This document shows, piece by piece, positions 1 through 14,129 of a DNA stretch of 64,000 nucleotides. This stretch comes from Octopus sinensis. Taxonomy: Eukaryota. The stretch lies in the NCBI RefSeq assembly GCF_006345805.1, contig NC_042997.1:185318001-185382000 (forward strand). Reading direction: 5' to 3'. Numbering within the stretch: position 1 is the first letter of the stretch; the number at the start of each line of letters is the position of its first letter. Made by a program: the position numbers and the translations under genes. The notes below the pieces were generated by a model, which saw only the letters and a program-made list of their open reading frames with translations, had not been told where the DNA came from and made no database searches.

Positions 1-120
1 GCAAAAGAGACCCGATAGAATAAGTACTAGGCTTACAAGTCCTGGGGTCGATCTGTTCGACTAGAAGCGATGCTCCAGCATGACCACAGTCAAATGACTA
101 GAAGAGATAAAAACAGTAAA
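1..120 (+). mobile_element. 3' end of tRNA-derived SINE family A
   Basis: GCAAAAGAGACCCGATAGAATAAGTACTAGGCTTAC...GCTCCAGCATGACCACAGTCAAATGACT matches the 3' end of the full copy at 30470-30888. Confidence 0.85.
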
Positions 121-134
121 AGAATATACATATA

Positions 135-320
135 CAGGGTGCGATGGGTAAATTGTCACCATATAGGTTTTAATTTTTCGCGCACGCGCTTTCTTTGTTT
201 TGATTTTTCGACTACATGGTATAGTAGAGTCAGTTGGGCACCGCCTGTGAGAAAACAGCACTGTGACGCAATTCTTTGTGCCATAAATTTGGTAACGGCA
301 TGATATACTGCATGCCATAC
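135..320 (+). mobile_element. Left end fragment of a maT/DD37D-like Tc1/mariner transposon
   Basis: TA|CAGGGTGCGATGGGTAAATTGTCACCAT...CAGTTGGGCACC aligns to the left end of the copy at 46478. Confidence 0.8.
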
Positions 321-420
321 TTTCTGTTCATCAGAAAGATCTAGGTTATATATGCCCATATCTAACAAATATTCTTCTGCACACATAAACTGAAATAAAA
401 TACAAAGACATGCATATATA

Positions 421-655
421 AACTTAGATAAACTTAGATATGTTTCGACCAAAGATTGGTCCAGGCCATGTCTAACTTAATAGCACCACCTGATATTATT
501 ATTCGAATTCTGTTTAAGTCAAGTTTTGTTAAGTCAAGTTTTGTTCAAGTAGTGAGTTCTTGTTGGGTGAGTTGTATCCAATTATGGGTGGCTTATCTGG
601 TATTCTTTGAATGAATCTATCCAGACTCTGTTTAAAGTTGATGGGATCCTTCACA
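421..655 (-). mobile_element. 3' end of CR1-like LINE
   Basis: Minus strand reads DPINFKQSLDRFIQRIPDKPPIIGY (FKxxLDxFxxxIPDxP C-terminal motif), then a short 3' UTR with TCTAAG tail repeats. Confidence 0.7.
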
Positions 656-863
656 TACAAAGTATGGGGGGAAGGGGTTAGGTACGCCAGGTAAGTGCTG
701 TAACGGATTATTAGGGCTCCAAGGTTATAGCCGAGACGGTAGTTATGCAGCCATTGCAGATTTCCGATGCCGTGGATATATAAATGTGAAACAGGGAGTC
801 AAATACTAAGGGAAGGCAAACATCTCACGTCATATACAATATTTTTGCAAGAAGGCATTCAAA

Positions 864-919
864 ATCTTACAGCTGTTTCTGGGATACTGTCGAGTATGGG
901 ATATTCCATCATCAGAGAC
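864..919 (-). ncRNA. Type I hammerhead ribozyme motif in a pLTR-like unit (~657-1080)
   Basis: Minus strand: gtct CTGATGA tggaatatcccatactcgacagtatccca GAAAC AGCT GTA agat; complete core, palindromic loop III. Confidence 0.7.
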
Positions 920-1417
920 AAATTGTGGAAAAAATATGCAAAAATAAGAATGGTATATATTAATGAGATGATAACATAGCGGAAGGGAGTAAAAGAATAA
1001 GGAGATGGTAAGAGAGAAGAAAAAAGCGCCGTAAAAGTTCATGGTTCAACTCTCCGAAGTTATAGAAACCAAACCATGAGTCATATATAGATATGTACAC
1101 ACAACACCACACACATACAGACTTAATGATAAACAATGCACACACCTAACGGATTCACATGTATGTCACATTAGAGACACGACTATGTTCCAACTTTATC
1201 TTTCTTATAACAGTATTTCATATATTCGTATTAGTTTTTCATTTAGTAAAAATTTCTTAAAACCATATTCAACTTTAACAGAGCTTCATAGAAACATTTC
1301 TAAAAATTTAGCTAGATTTAACGTCTATGTTTTCTTTATAACCTCGTACGGTTTATTTGATCACCAAAGCCGAAAATGTGTTACCGATGTGGTGGTCACT
1401 ATTTCATGCTAATATCT

Positions 1418-1596
1418 GTATGGAAAACAATTAAATTTTGGAAAAATTAAAAGAAAAGTTTTAAAAGGGATATTTGCATAGTAATCAAATACAAGGGTCA
1501 TTTTCCTTGTTTCTGCCCCTTGTATTTGAATACTATGTAAATATTCCTTTAAAATACTTTTCTTTTGATTTTTAAAAATTTAACTGTTTTCCATAC
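1418..1596. repeat. Long imperfect inverted repeat (hairpin), ~80-bp arms and ~19-nt loop
   Basis: GTATGGAAAACAATTAAATTTT...CAAATACAAGGG (1418-1497) versus CCCTTGTATTTG...AATTTAACTGTTTTCCATAC (1517-1596). Confidence 0.9.
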
Positions 1597-1727
1597 TTAC
1601 AATTGAAAAAGGCTCCATAACTGAAACTGGTACTGAAATAAATTTTATAAAATTATTTCAGCATTTCCTACCTTGACTTTTTTCCATATATATATATATA
1701 GGTAAATATATATACCTATATATACAC

Positions 1728-1790
<63 letters not shown>

Positions 1791-2704
1791 CATAGATGTA
1801 TGTGTGAATGGATGGATCAATGTGGGAATAATATATATATATATATATATATGTTATATGTATATATGTAACTATTATATGTTTATATATATATATATTT
1901 ACATATTATATGCATGTGTGTGTGTGAATGTGTGTGCGTGCGTCTACTGGGAAGTTGATTGGAAACTTGCGGTCATACAAGACTGACATCTATGCCAATT
2001 ATGATATATTCACTTAAACACATTCAAACACACGAAGGCATACATGACTGCATAAGTGTATATGTGAGTATATGTACGTAGGTATATTTACGTCTCTCTT
2101 TTTCTATATGAGTCAATTTAATACAGCAATTTAGTTAGATGTAGTGAAACCGTCTAACTACTGACAGTTAGTGAGATGAGCGGTCTTTAATGTGCATGTG
2201 GAAAGACGCGCAGTTATTTCTGGTAAATACTTCGAGAATAATTGAACTGACAGAGAAAATAAGCAAATTGCCTCGTTGATTGGAAGATAAGAAAGTTGAT
2301 TTCAAACTAAGGCAAAGACGGAAGATAGACAGAAGTAGAAAGAGATTAGAAGGGAAAAGAGAAAAGACAAAAATGCAGAATGCATTCTCTTCTTTTATTA
2401 TCAGTATTGCTAATCTACTCTTATGTATAGTCTTATGGTCTTCCTATTTACGCAACTCATTAATGTAATATGTATGTGCGAATGTACCTGTTTTTGTCTG
2501 ACTGTCTGTCGCCTCTTTCAGTCTTATTCATTTAGTCACACATTGTTCCTTACTTTGCATCTCCTCTGTCTCTCGCTCGACACGCATATATATTTATACA
2601 CACACATACATATTCCTAAATAGACACATACATATATACAGACAGACAGACAGACAGACACACACACACACACACCACACACACACACACATATATATAT
2701 ATAT

Positions 2705-3235
<531 letters not shown>

Positions 3236-3435
3236 GTATATAATCAAGACACCACAGGGAAAAAAATATTACCATATTATTCGCATTAAATTCCGATCCG
3301 ACACATGTTTCTGTGTCATAGGACACTAGTGTGCTTATCCAGCAGAAACAAGTGAGAATTAGAAATCAATGAGAATAAACTGTAAAAAATAACTTTTGAA
3401 GATGTATACTCCTTCATTTTTCTCTAGGAAATATA

Positions 3436-3660
3436 TGTTTGTGTGTCTGTCCCCCCCGCCCAACATCGCTTGACAATTGATGCTGGTGTGTTTACATCCC
3501 TGTAACTTAGCGGTTCGGCAAAAGAGACCGACAGAATAAGTACTAGGCTTACAAAGAATAAGTCCTGGGGTTGATTTACTCGACTAAAAGGCAGTGTTCC
3601 AGCATGGCCACAGTCAAATGACTGAAACAAGTACAAGAGTAAAAGAGACTAAAAGAGAGT
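3436..3660 (+). mobile_element. SINE family A, 3' half
   Basis: High similarity to 30675-30888, including the AAAAGAG tail. Confidence 0.85.
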
Positions 3661-4122
3661 ATATCAATGCACACACACACGCGCACACACACCACATACA
3701 CACACATATGTATATGTACATATACATGCATATTATATAAATGCATATAACATTTAACTGTAAGTAACTCAAGAGCTTTTTGTTTCGTGGGATGGCCGAT
3801 AAGTGCACCAACGTGCGAGAAATGCGATACACAAATCTCTCGCCCTTTGAGTCCTAAAGGAATTTTACACACACCTAAGTGACTCGAGTCACTTGTGTGC
3901 ACGTGTGTATGCGTATTTGTTTATGTATTTAGGTGTGCATGCTGGTGTAAATGATAAATGAATGTACATCCGTAGAAATAGTATCCTCTATATTTTCTCT
4001 AGAGTGGGAATGATACGAAACGCAGGAGGGTGGAACTCAAGTTGCGAGAGGAACATTGAGTTTCAATGTGTATGTATGCACGTACAGATGTGTGCGTGAG
4101 TGTTAATACGCTGACCGTATTA

Positions 4123-4159
<37 letters not shown>

Positions 4160-4615
4160 GACACACACACATAATATGTGTGTGTGTGTGTGTGTGTATT
4201 ATATTCATAACGGTTGTTAGCTACTGCATCGATGAAAGCAATTAGATCCTTTAGTATTTAAATACGGAATATTTAACTGTGGAGCATATATAAAATTCAT
4301 TAGCTAATTAACAGGAAGGCTTTTAATTACGCATGATATTCCTGCTGCATTGGGATATAAGAGGATGTGAGTAAATGAAAACGAGTAATTATTATTAAAA
4401 AGAAAAAAGGAAATGTGATCTAATTGCAATTATATTAAATCTAAGCTCTAAATTCGATGTAATGGATTTATCGAGCCACTGTGCCTATTTAAGTGTGAGA
4501 TTATTTGGGGAAATATTGGGTCAACTAATTTCTTTTTAGTTAAACTGACTTATTCTTAGCCTGAGATTTTCAAGGAGATTCCAAGTGAAAAATGCTTTGA
4601 AATTAATGTTATTAT

Positions 4616-5102
4616 TGGTTTCAAATTTTGGCACAAGGCAAGCAATTTTGATTACATCGGCCCCAGTTAACGACAGACGAAATACCTATTTCTTTACTAC
4701 CCACAAGGGGCTAAACAGAGAGGAGACAAACAAGGACAGACAAACGGATTAAGTCGATTATATCGACCCCAGTGCGTAATTGGTACTTAATTTATCGACC
4801 CTGAAAGGATGAAAGGTAAAGTCGACCTCGGCGGAATTTGAACTCAGAACGTAGCGGCAGACGAAATACCTATTTCTTTACTAACCACAAGGGGCTAAAC
4901 ACAGAGAGGACGAACAAGAACAGATGAAAGGATTAAGTCGATTATATCGCCCCAGTGCGTAACAGGCACTTATTTAATCGACCCCGAAAAGATGAAAGGC
5001 AAAGTCGACCTCGGCGGAATTTGAACTCAGAACGTAGCGGCAGACGAAATACTGCTAAGCATTTTATCCGGCGTGCTAACGATTTTGCCAGTTTGCTGCT
5101 TT
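4616..5102 (-). mobile_element. SINE family B (tRNA head plus Meta/MESC-like domain) with tandem ~184-bp internal units
   Basis: Minus strand has B-box GAGTTCAAATTCC and GACTTTGCCTTTCATC...GGGGTCGAT...AAGTACC; GACGAAATAC recurs at 4676, 4860 and 5043. Confidence 0.85.
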
Positions 5103-8100
5103 AATTAACGTTAATATTGGCACTGTAACCGAAATGGTTTAAAACACCCACTGTTACTTCTATTATAATTAAAATAATAATGGTTTTAAATTTAGGAACG
5201 TGGCCAGTAATTTGGAGGGAATCAGATTAGTAGATGCTATCGAATTTAATACTAGGCTGTTACTTTATTATATCGACTCCGCGAGTTTGATGAGCTTAAA
5301 TAAGTTGAAGTCTAAAGGTCCATAGCTTCAAGATTATAATAATAACTGTGTCTAATTCAAATGCTTGGCAAGCAGCTGGTAATATTTAAATTCTATTTAG
5401 GCGGGAAAGCACAACAAACCGCCTGTTTTCGCTCCTTTGCTTGGGCATCAGGTAAGCTTAGGAGGTTCTCCTTTTTGTAGCAAGGATTTTGGAGAAAGCT
5501 CTGTTGTTTGAATAATGCATACTTTTAACAAATCAATTTCGTTTGCACTTTTTTGTCCATATTCTATTATCCTATAATCCGAGACTGGTAACCTTCGAAG
5601 AACACATGTGCCCAGATATTTAATCTAATTTGTGGTCATCAATTTTCCTTCCATGGCAAAAGGAAACATAGTATAGACATAAAATAAAAGGAATTAGCTG
5701 ACAACTCTATGTTAAATTCGATTTCATCCACCATATTGTACTACACGCAAATCATTTCTTACTCTTCATTTCTATTTCCAATTGTTTTTCACATTAAAAC
5801 TATACTCAAGCAGTCCTTTGAAAAATTGAGTCTGTGCTTTTGTAGAACTTACTCTCGTCATTACTTCCCATACTAAGTTGGATTTCGGTAACGACTTTCT
5901 GTTGCCCTGGCTCTTAGTATCCTCTCCTAAGTGCATCTGCTATCTCTGCAACTCCCCATTTTAATAAATCACCGACTAAATATCATGAACTGAAGAAATA
6001 CTCAACACCATCGCTCTGTTTGGTGTGACCGTTTTAAGTGTCTTAATTATACGCATCCTCGACTGGTTCTCGTCAATTTCGTAATCGATGCTGCAGTAAC
6101 AAAGGCCAAAATGCACCTGTTAGGTTCCACTCTTTTCGTCATTCAACCGACGTAAAATATTTATGATTTTTAGTGGTAAATCATCAAACATTAACCAGCT
6201 GATATCGACTTTATATCCATACATCTATAATTCTTTTTAGTATTTGAGACAATCAACTCCCATTCCTCTCCTTTCATCAAATTTTCTTGAACTTCAAGTT
6301 AGCTCAGCGTAATGGAGAAAACGAATGGCGTGGCAAATAACTCTCCTAGATGGGTTCTTTCAAATACTTTACTCAATCAAAAATCTTAATAAGCATATTC
6401 TCAATCCTTTTATCAATATCCGTGGACAGCAGTGCCGGTAATGAACAAGGCATAAAATTTCAAGAGTAACTCCCCTATCACCATCATTAACACTAAGAAG
6501 GAAACTTATAACAATCACCATAATGCCTGTAAGATTAGAAAAGTAAATAATATTTTCATGTATTATACAACTTACAATCACACCTGCACACCAAATTCTA
6601 ACCGAGATTTTTTCGTAAAAGTAAAATTGTTGCAGTTGAGAATCACTTAGACATTTTGAAGGCCTATCGTCTTCATTAGTCAGTTTATAAATAGAAGTAT
6701 TCCTGTGTGTGACGATATACTACCACATTCTATTAATTCTGGTGAACCACAAAATCCCGTAATACATATACTTTTCCTTATCTGTAGTTAGCAACATATA
6801 TACTGCCTCCTCTAACAACGCACACCCTTACGCAGATATAAGTTCGCTACTCTCCTTTTTTTATCCCTCAATACATTGGGGTTATCCACATGCAAACTAA
6901 TAAATCCTCGACAGATTAGCAATGACATAGAGAGTATTTTTGAATTTTGACAATCTACGCTTTTACTCGCTCGAAGAACATTTGTTGCCCTTATGTGTTT
7001 GCTTCCTTGAAAGCGCAATACGTACACACATCGGAATACTGCTTACGAGAATGGAATACTGTTGCTGCTGCAAATATAGGCACGCTAGACCGCACACGAA
7101 AGAAGGCTGTCGACAACAGTAAAAATCCATTTGCCAACATATTTCAAGAACCAACGGACAGATGGGTTATTATTTCTTCTCATTGCATGGTACATCACTA
7201 TTACAACACAATAACTTTTGTTCCTCAAAGACTCGTTAGTTGCATACTTTTAACCATCTGTTAGGGATTTGTTTTCCATATTTTACTATTACTGTTTACC
7301 TTTTCTCAAATCCAGTGTAGAAATGTTCGCCCACTCTATTTTTTACAGATCAACATTCTGCAATTACTTCCCCGTCCACGCTTTTTTGTATAACAATTCA
7401 TTTTTAAATCTTCAAGAATTCAACCGCGTTAATATCACCAGTCTCGAAGATCTGAGAAGATCAAAGGCTTTGAACGCCCTAGCTAGGCTAATTACAGAAC
7501 TAATGTATATATTTTTTCGATTTTCATAAGAGACCTAATCCTGGGTGTTTTTTTATATATATAAAATCGTTTGATGGAAAATGTGCGGTTGAAAGGAAGA
7601 GATTTTCCAAAGATGAAAATATTTGATCTAAAACCAAAACATTGGAGAATTAAAGATAAAATACACAAAACACTCGCAGAAAGACATGTTGGTTTTTGTA
7701 TACAAGTCTTCAAAATAGTCTTTGATACACATCACTTGAGTATTCTCACTTCTCTTCTGTCAAACGTTTTATATTCCTACTTATTATAATCATTGAACAT
7801 CTCTGATTACACTCTTGAAGTTCTGTCACTTGTGAATAGCTCCGGCTAATTAGCGGTGTTAATACAAGCTGATTACGACCAGTGAAGATACCATCAGAAA
7901 GAAAATTAAGCAAGGTTGGACATACTTAATAATTAGCTCAGAGAGATTTTATTCTCATCTTTAAAAATGATTGTTTAGGAATATCTTACTTATTAAGATA
8001 CACCAAGGTCTTCTGCACAATTTCAGTATACCAAAATTTATTTATAACTAATTGATTAACACGAAGTTATAGAATATACATTCTCAAGGTGCCACATAGT

Positions 8101-8244
8101 TGGATTGAATCCTGAATCACGTGGTTACCAAGTGGATCTTTTAGCCACCGAATCATGCCCGTGTCTATGGATTTCATGATTGTTTAAAGTTGATTCAACG
8201 ACTACAAAGCCTGTATGTGTGTGTGTGCATATATATATATACGC

Positions 8245-8303
<59 letters not shown>

Positions 8304-8385
8304 CATGTATATATACATATATACATACATGCATACATACACATATATATATGTATGTATGTATATATATATATATATATACATG

Positions 8386-8462
<77 letters not shown>

Positions 8463-10137
8463 ATACGATATTTGTTCTCATCTGAACGGGATGAGGAAAA
8501 TTTTGTTTTGCGATTTAGTATGGATTTAAAGATGGTAAGTAATTACTTTGAGTAATCCTAAAAATCTAAAAATAGTTGATCTATGAATTATTTAATGAAA
8601 TCTTTAATGGATATAATGGTTACAGGTCAAGACTCATTATTTGAGTTGCTGATGCAAGGTATCAGGATTAATGTAGAACTTTCAGGTTGACAAAATTTCT
8701 TTACTAGTACCCTCAACTGCAATTTTGTGGGTAGATGGATCCTTATAATGGAACTGTTGACTAAATTACGTTCTTGATGGAAAAGGCTTACACATGTAGA
8801 TGATGTCGTTTACTGATAACTTGAGGAAACACGAAAATATTTCAGAATGGAATTCACAGATGTAGAAATACTGTTGGAAAGATTGGAAAACATGTGTTCA
8901 TTTGTTTATCGCAAAGAGGAGAATCCTTTCATTAGATCCCAAAATCCCTCAAAGACATACGTACGCTGATAATACATAATACACAAATAATTGTAATCAA
9001 ATCTTTGTGAAAATACTTTTCTGCCTATACACATAATCATACCATTGAAGCAATGCACTCAGTCGTAATTACAGAGAAGTGTACCCAAGTATACAATACG
9101 GGAACATATGTTCAAATCAAACAGACTTTCCACTACGTGTTAAATTACTAGCTGTATCTGCCAAAATGCTACATAAATTTACACGAGTTTACAAAAGAAA
9201 CTACACTTACATTTTACAAAGAAGCCAATAAATAAACAGACGATTATAACGTTAAGAAATAGCTGCGTTATTTTTTAAATTTATTTTTATATTTAAAATT
9301 CTATATTGAAAAGTTGGTAAATATATATTTTCTGAAGATAAAGAAAGACAACGTAATTCTGCTTTCTTTGATCCTTTAGAATGTTATGTAATAAAAATGA
9401 TAGAGAAACGTTGCAATTACTATGCGTCACATATCTTTAAGCTTGGAATATACATGTGAATGTAAGTAAATTTGTAGGTGTGTATGTTTCTATATGCTTT
9501 AGAGAACATTAACTTAGATACTTAATCGTATGTATGAATTTCCTATTTTTCATTTATGAAAGTATGCGGGTGTAATTGAAACAGATTGTTTTCTCTGAAA
9601 CTTTTATACTCCGACTGTTCCCTCTCTTGAATCTTAGCAACCATTTCAGTTTATACTTGTACTGTTTCAGTCTCTGAACAGTGGCCATGCTGGAGCATAG
9701 CATTGAAGAATATTATTTTATAACAATGACCCTAAAATTTAGATTCATACTTATATTGTTGGTATCTATTCACAGAATTGTTGCTTTTTGAAATAAAAAG
9801 ATGTCGTTCAGCACACCAAGCTTAGGCCGGTATATACAAACCCAAAAGCACACACACGCACATACATACACATATGCATTCATGCACACGCACACACACA
9901 CACATATATGTGTGTGTGTGTGTGTGTGTGATAAATATTAGTATCCAGAAAACCCAACATGGCACGTAAGGCTATATAAGTGTTACAGAAGGACCGTAGT
10001 TAGACTCTCGGTTCGATAATAATACGAATTAGGTGTCCAGTGCGGGTCTTGTGTGAGTATGTATATGTTAAATATAATGAGGCAACAAAGTCAAGGTTGT
10101 GTGTGGAATTTATAGGACATTTATAAAGAGAAATGTA

Positions 10138-10186
10138 GACTTACAGCTGTTTCTGGGATATTAGGGATATCGCTTCATCAGAGACG
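10138..10186 (-). ncRNA. Type I hammerhead ribozyme motif, same family as 864-919, in unit ~9931-10375
   Basis: Minus strand: gtct CTGATGA agcgatatccctaatatccca GAAAC AGCT GTA agtc; stems I and II each carry a mismatch. Confidence 0.65.
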
Positions 10187-10559
10187 ATATGAGAGAGTTA
10201 ACTAGAGGGAAATAGTAGAGTTCAATATAAGGAGTTATTTTGGAAAAGAATGGATATAGGAAGTATAAAGGGAAATAAGAGAATAAAAATAAAAGTAAAA
10301 ATATATGCAGGATGTTACAATTGCAGTTCCATTATCCCAAAAACAATCGTTAGATAATGGAACTACACCTCTAACATATATACGTATATATATATATATA
10401 TATATGTTCGATATTTTTCTCAACTGAGAGCGACGAGGAAAATTTTGTTTTGGCGATTTAATCTGGCAATTTTTATCTTTTTTATAGTAAATGTTGGTGT
10501 CGATTCGTGCGACCAAAATTCTCCAAGGCCTAATGAGTGAAACAAAGATTTATATATAT

Positions 10560-10638
<79 letters not shown>

Positions 10639-11509
10639 ATGCATGTATGCATTTATAATGTGGAGTTGAAGATTTAATATATTTTACATTTCAAAATAAT
10701 ATCCAACTAAAACTGAAATCTCGAAACAACACTATAAATCGCTTTGTATCAATCAACATGCTAGAAATAACAGTCACATTACCTCAAGTTGCATTCTACT
10801 CTCTTAAATACGAGAAAGAATGCATTAAGTGATAGTGCTACATACCTCTTAAATGACGGTGTGATCAAAAATGGAATGTCCTATCAGCATATGTCATTTC
10901 GATCACGCTGACCTAGGCCTATACATTCTTATCACCAACATTGTCAACAACGACTTCTACATCGACAACAACGATGGCAACAACGACAACGAAGTTCAAA
11001 TCATTATGTTGCTTGGATGAGAATTTTCTGCTTCACTGCCGTCTCATTATTCAATGTTTCTTGTTGATTGATTGCTGCTGGGAAATGATACAGTTTGGAA
11101 TCTATTTCTAATGTGTTGCCAAAACTTACATTTCCCAGTACTTGCCTCCGGTTACAGAATAAAAATAAAAATAGCATAAAGGTAAGATAAAGGAATACCT
11201 GACAGCATAATCATCAATCATTAAACATACAAAAATTCAAAATGGCAAAAAATATTTTGATTTAGATAAGAATTATTAAGGACAGTAGATTTTCACTGGA
11301 ATGAAAATTATCGTACCTTCTCGGAAATATTTGAGGAATTCTCAATAATATCTAGCTTTTTTTCTGTCACTCACGAAAAATATTAACGCTGTTGTGCTTA
11401 CGAGAAATGACATGTCGGGTGAGTTTGCGTTGAAGAAAATTTAAAATGGAGTAAGATCGAATGCATACATACATACGTACATACATACATACATACATAC
11501 ATACATACA

Positions 11510-11542
<33 letters not shown>

Positions 11543-11648
11543 TGGGGCCCTGAGATATGTAGCACACTGCCTAAATATCAATCTTGAGAAATTAGGCATC
11601 TCAAAACTAGAAAGGAGAAACCTAATTCGAAGATTACAGATCCAATCC

Positions 11649-11946
11649 ATCACTGGAACTGTAAAAATCTGTAAAACTTTCCAGAAGTTTAGCATTTAAA
11701 TATATACGAGCATGCCTAGATATGCAACGGTTATGCTCGTAATTGGTATCACTGGAACTGTAAAAATCTGTAAAACTTTCCAGAAGTTTAGCATTTAAAT
11801 ATATACGAACATGTCTAGATATGCAACGGTTATGCTCGTAATTGGTATCACTGGAACTGCAAAAATCTGTAAAACTTTCCAGAAGTTTAGCATTTAAATA
11901 TATACGAGCATGTCTAGATATGCAATGGTTATGCTCGTAATTGGTA
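11649..11946 (+). repeat. Three tandem copies of a 99-bp unit inside a dispersed repeat
   Basis: ATCACTGGAACTG starts at 11649, 11748 and 11847; a single inverted homolog lies at ~20470-20537. Confidence 0.9.
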
Positions 11947-13141
11947 TTTAACCAAGATAGGTCGTTAAATATTAACTTTATTGCTGACAAAAGTATGGTA
12001 GTGAAGTAAATGTGTCACATGATACATATACATAAGTACTTCAGCTCGTAGTGTTGAATAGAATACCAATACCTTCGCAAACTTTTTATATTGATATGAA
12101 GAAAACAAACGAACCATCAATCACCACAGCAAATTTAGATGGAATTATTTTTAGACACAACGTCTACTGCAAATGAAAGGTCAGTGGAAACATAAGCTTT
12201 ATTTTTGCAATTATTTATGAGTGAAGAAAAGAGAAATGAATAAGGAGACTCATATTTACTAAGCACGAAAATAACATGGTTGCCGTTTAAGAACTTCTCA
12301 ACGGATCGTAGTGAAGAATATTTACAATATTTGAGGACCCCCGACAACTGGATTGACGTATTTGAAAATAATACAGAAGTAAACGTGTACAGGAAATATT
12401 TGTCAGAAAGACATAAAAATCATTGCATGAGTAAATGTCCTGTAAGGTAGGATGTAATTTCTTGATACGTATATATTGCATGCAGCAAATAAATACATTA
12501 CGTTTTACATTGGAGGGTATGTGATATACTTAGAAAAAGCATTCCCGTAAAAAAAACTTTACAGAGTAATATATTTAATATTGCTTCGTCGATCGAAAAT
12601 ATGGTATGTATTCTCGAAGAGGCTAGTTGCCAAGTAAAAGTCAAGGAGAATAAAGAATAACTCACAAATCGAAAACTTCATTTCTTGTTTTTTTTTATAT
12701 ATATATTCTGGATATATATTCTCCATGTAAACTCTAGCGTTCATGAATTTTATTTATCTAACGAAAGTTTGCTGTATACCCAATCATATTCTCTTAAATA
12801 GAAAATATAAAAAAAAAAAGAAGAGTAGCTGTCATTTAACCTATCAATAGTAAAATGAAAACATGAAACAACTTCTCTATTTTAGTGAAATGGAAGAACG
12901 TTTGTATACAAATATAATAAGTATATAGTCAAAAACGACATCTGGTGATACTATATACGATCCATCAACCAGATTTCGAATGGTTTCCAGTTGTCTTCAG
13001 TAGTATTTCTGACAAAAATACGACTAAGTGCCAGAAGTAATATTGAACTCTCACAACAAGATTAGGTTTTTCAATATCTTATAATTGACAGAAAAAACAT
13101 TCAAAAGTGTATCACAAGCAAACATTATTAACGATATTCTT

Positions 13142-13570
13142 AAGGCAGCGCGCTGGCAGAAACGTTAGCACGCCGGGCGAAGTGCGTAGCCGTATTTCGT
13201 CTGCCGTTACGTTCTGAGTTCAAATTCCGCCGAGGTCGACTTTGCCTTTCATCTTTTCGGGGTCGATTAAATAAGTACCAGTTAAGCACTGAGGTCGATG
13301 TTATTGAATTAATCCATTTGTCTGTCCTTGTTTGTCCCCTCTTGTGTAGCTCCTTGTGGGCAGTAAAGAAATAAGAATCTTTAGCACGCCGGGCAAAATG
13401 CTTAGCGGTGTTTTGTCAGAGTTTACGTTCCGAGTTCAAATTCCTCCAAGGTCGACTTTGCCTTTCATTCTGTCGCGATCGATAAAATAAATACCAATCA
13501 AGCACTGGGGTCGATGCAACTGACGAGCCCCTTCCCCAAAATTTGAATTTCTGAGCCTATAGTAGAAAAT
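13142..13570 (+). mobile_element. SINE family B dimer
   Basis: AAGGCAGCGCGCTGGCAGAAACGTTAGCACGCCGGGCG head, B-box GAGTTCAAATTCC, second unit starting ~13375. Confidence 0.85.
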
Positions 13571-14082
13571 ATTATTAGCGACCATCTCTGTTAGTGCTAT
13601 ATAGAAAGCGGAATTGAATACTAGATCAATTAATGCATTGGAGTGTTTAAGCAAGTTTCCAGCTTACTAAAAAGACTAAGTATCTTTCGTTTCGTGCCTC
13701 AGTGTTTTAGTCAAGTTATTCTCCATACTTACGATTTCTAGTCTGAAGCGCCCGTAATTAAATGCAGAAACGCAGGGGAACAGATAAAGAGACAACCATG
13801 TACCAAGCATACATGAGTACACATACACGTACACACATGACACAAATACGCATTATCTGTCTGTCTATATGTATCTGTGTATGATTTTGCAGTTGTGTAT
13901 GTATCTATGTTTCAGTGTGTGTATGTGTGTATTTAGCATATTTAATTGATATTTGACATATCTCTTTAGTCTCTTGGCTCATTTGAAATATTTTATTAAG
14001 CTTTTTAAATAGTTTTGATTTACTTTTGGGATGACTAACGGCGTGTTGAGTGTAACACTTGCGTGTCTCATCTTGAGTGAGC

Positions 14083-14129
<47 letters not shown>

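Noticed and set aside
4676-5050. Regularly spaced repeats resembling a CRISPR array (also 52390-52938 and 11649-11946)
   Set aside because: Whole units repeat with no unique spacers; eukaryotic SINE or minisatellite context; no cas genes
8125-8555. Long ORFs rich in YI, HT, VC, poly-I, poly-N or poly-L, here and at 18.3, 23.3, 30.2, 39.4, 51.0 and 56-59 kb
   Set aside because: Translations of microsatellites that lack stop codons; no protein signal
11634-11990. 118-aa ORF with 33-aa repeats
   Set aside because: By-product of the 99-bp tandem repeat inside a dispersed element
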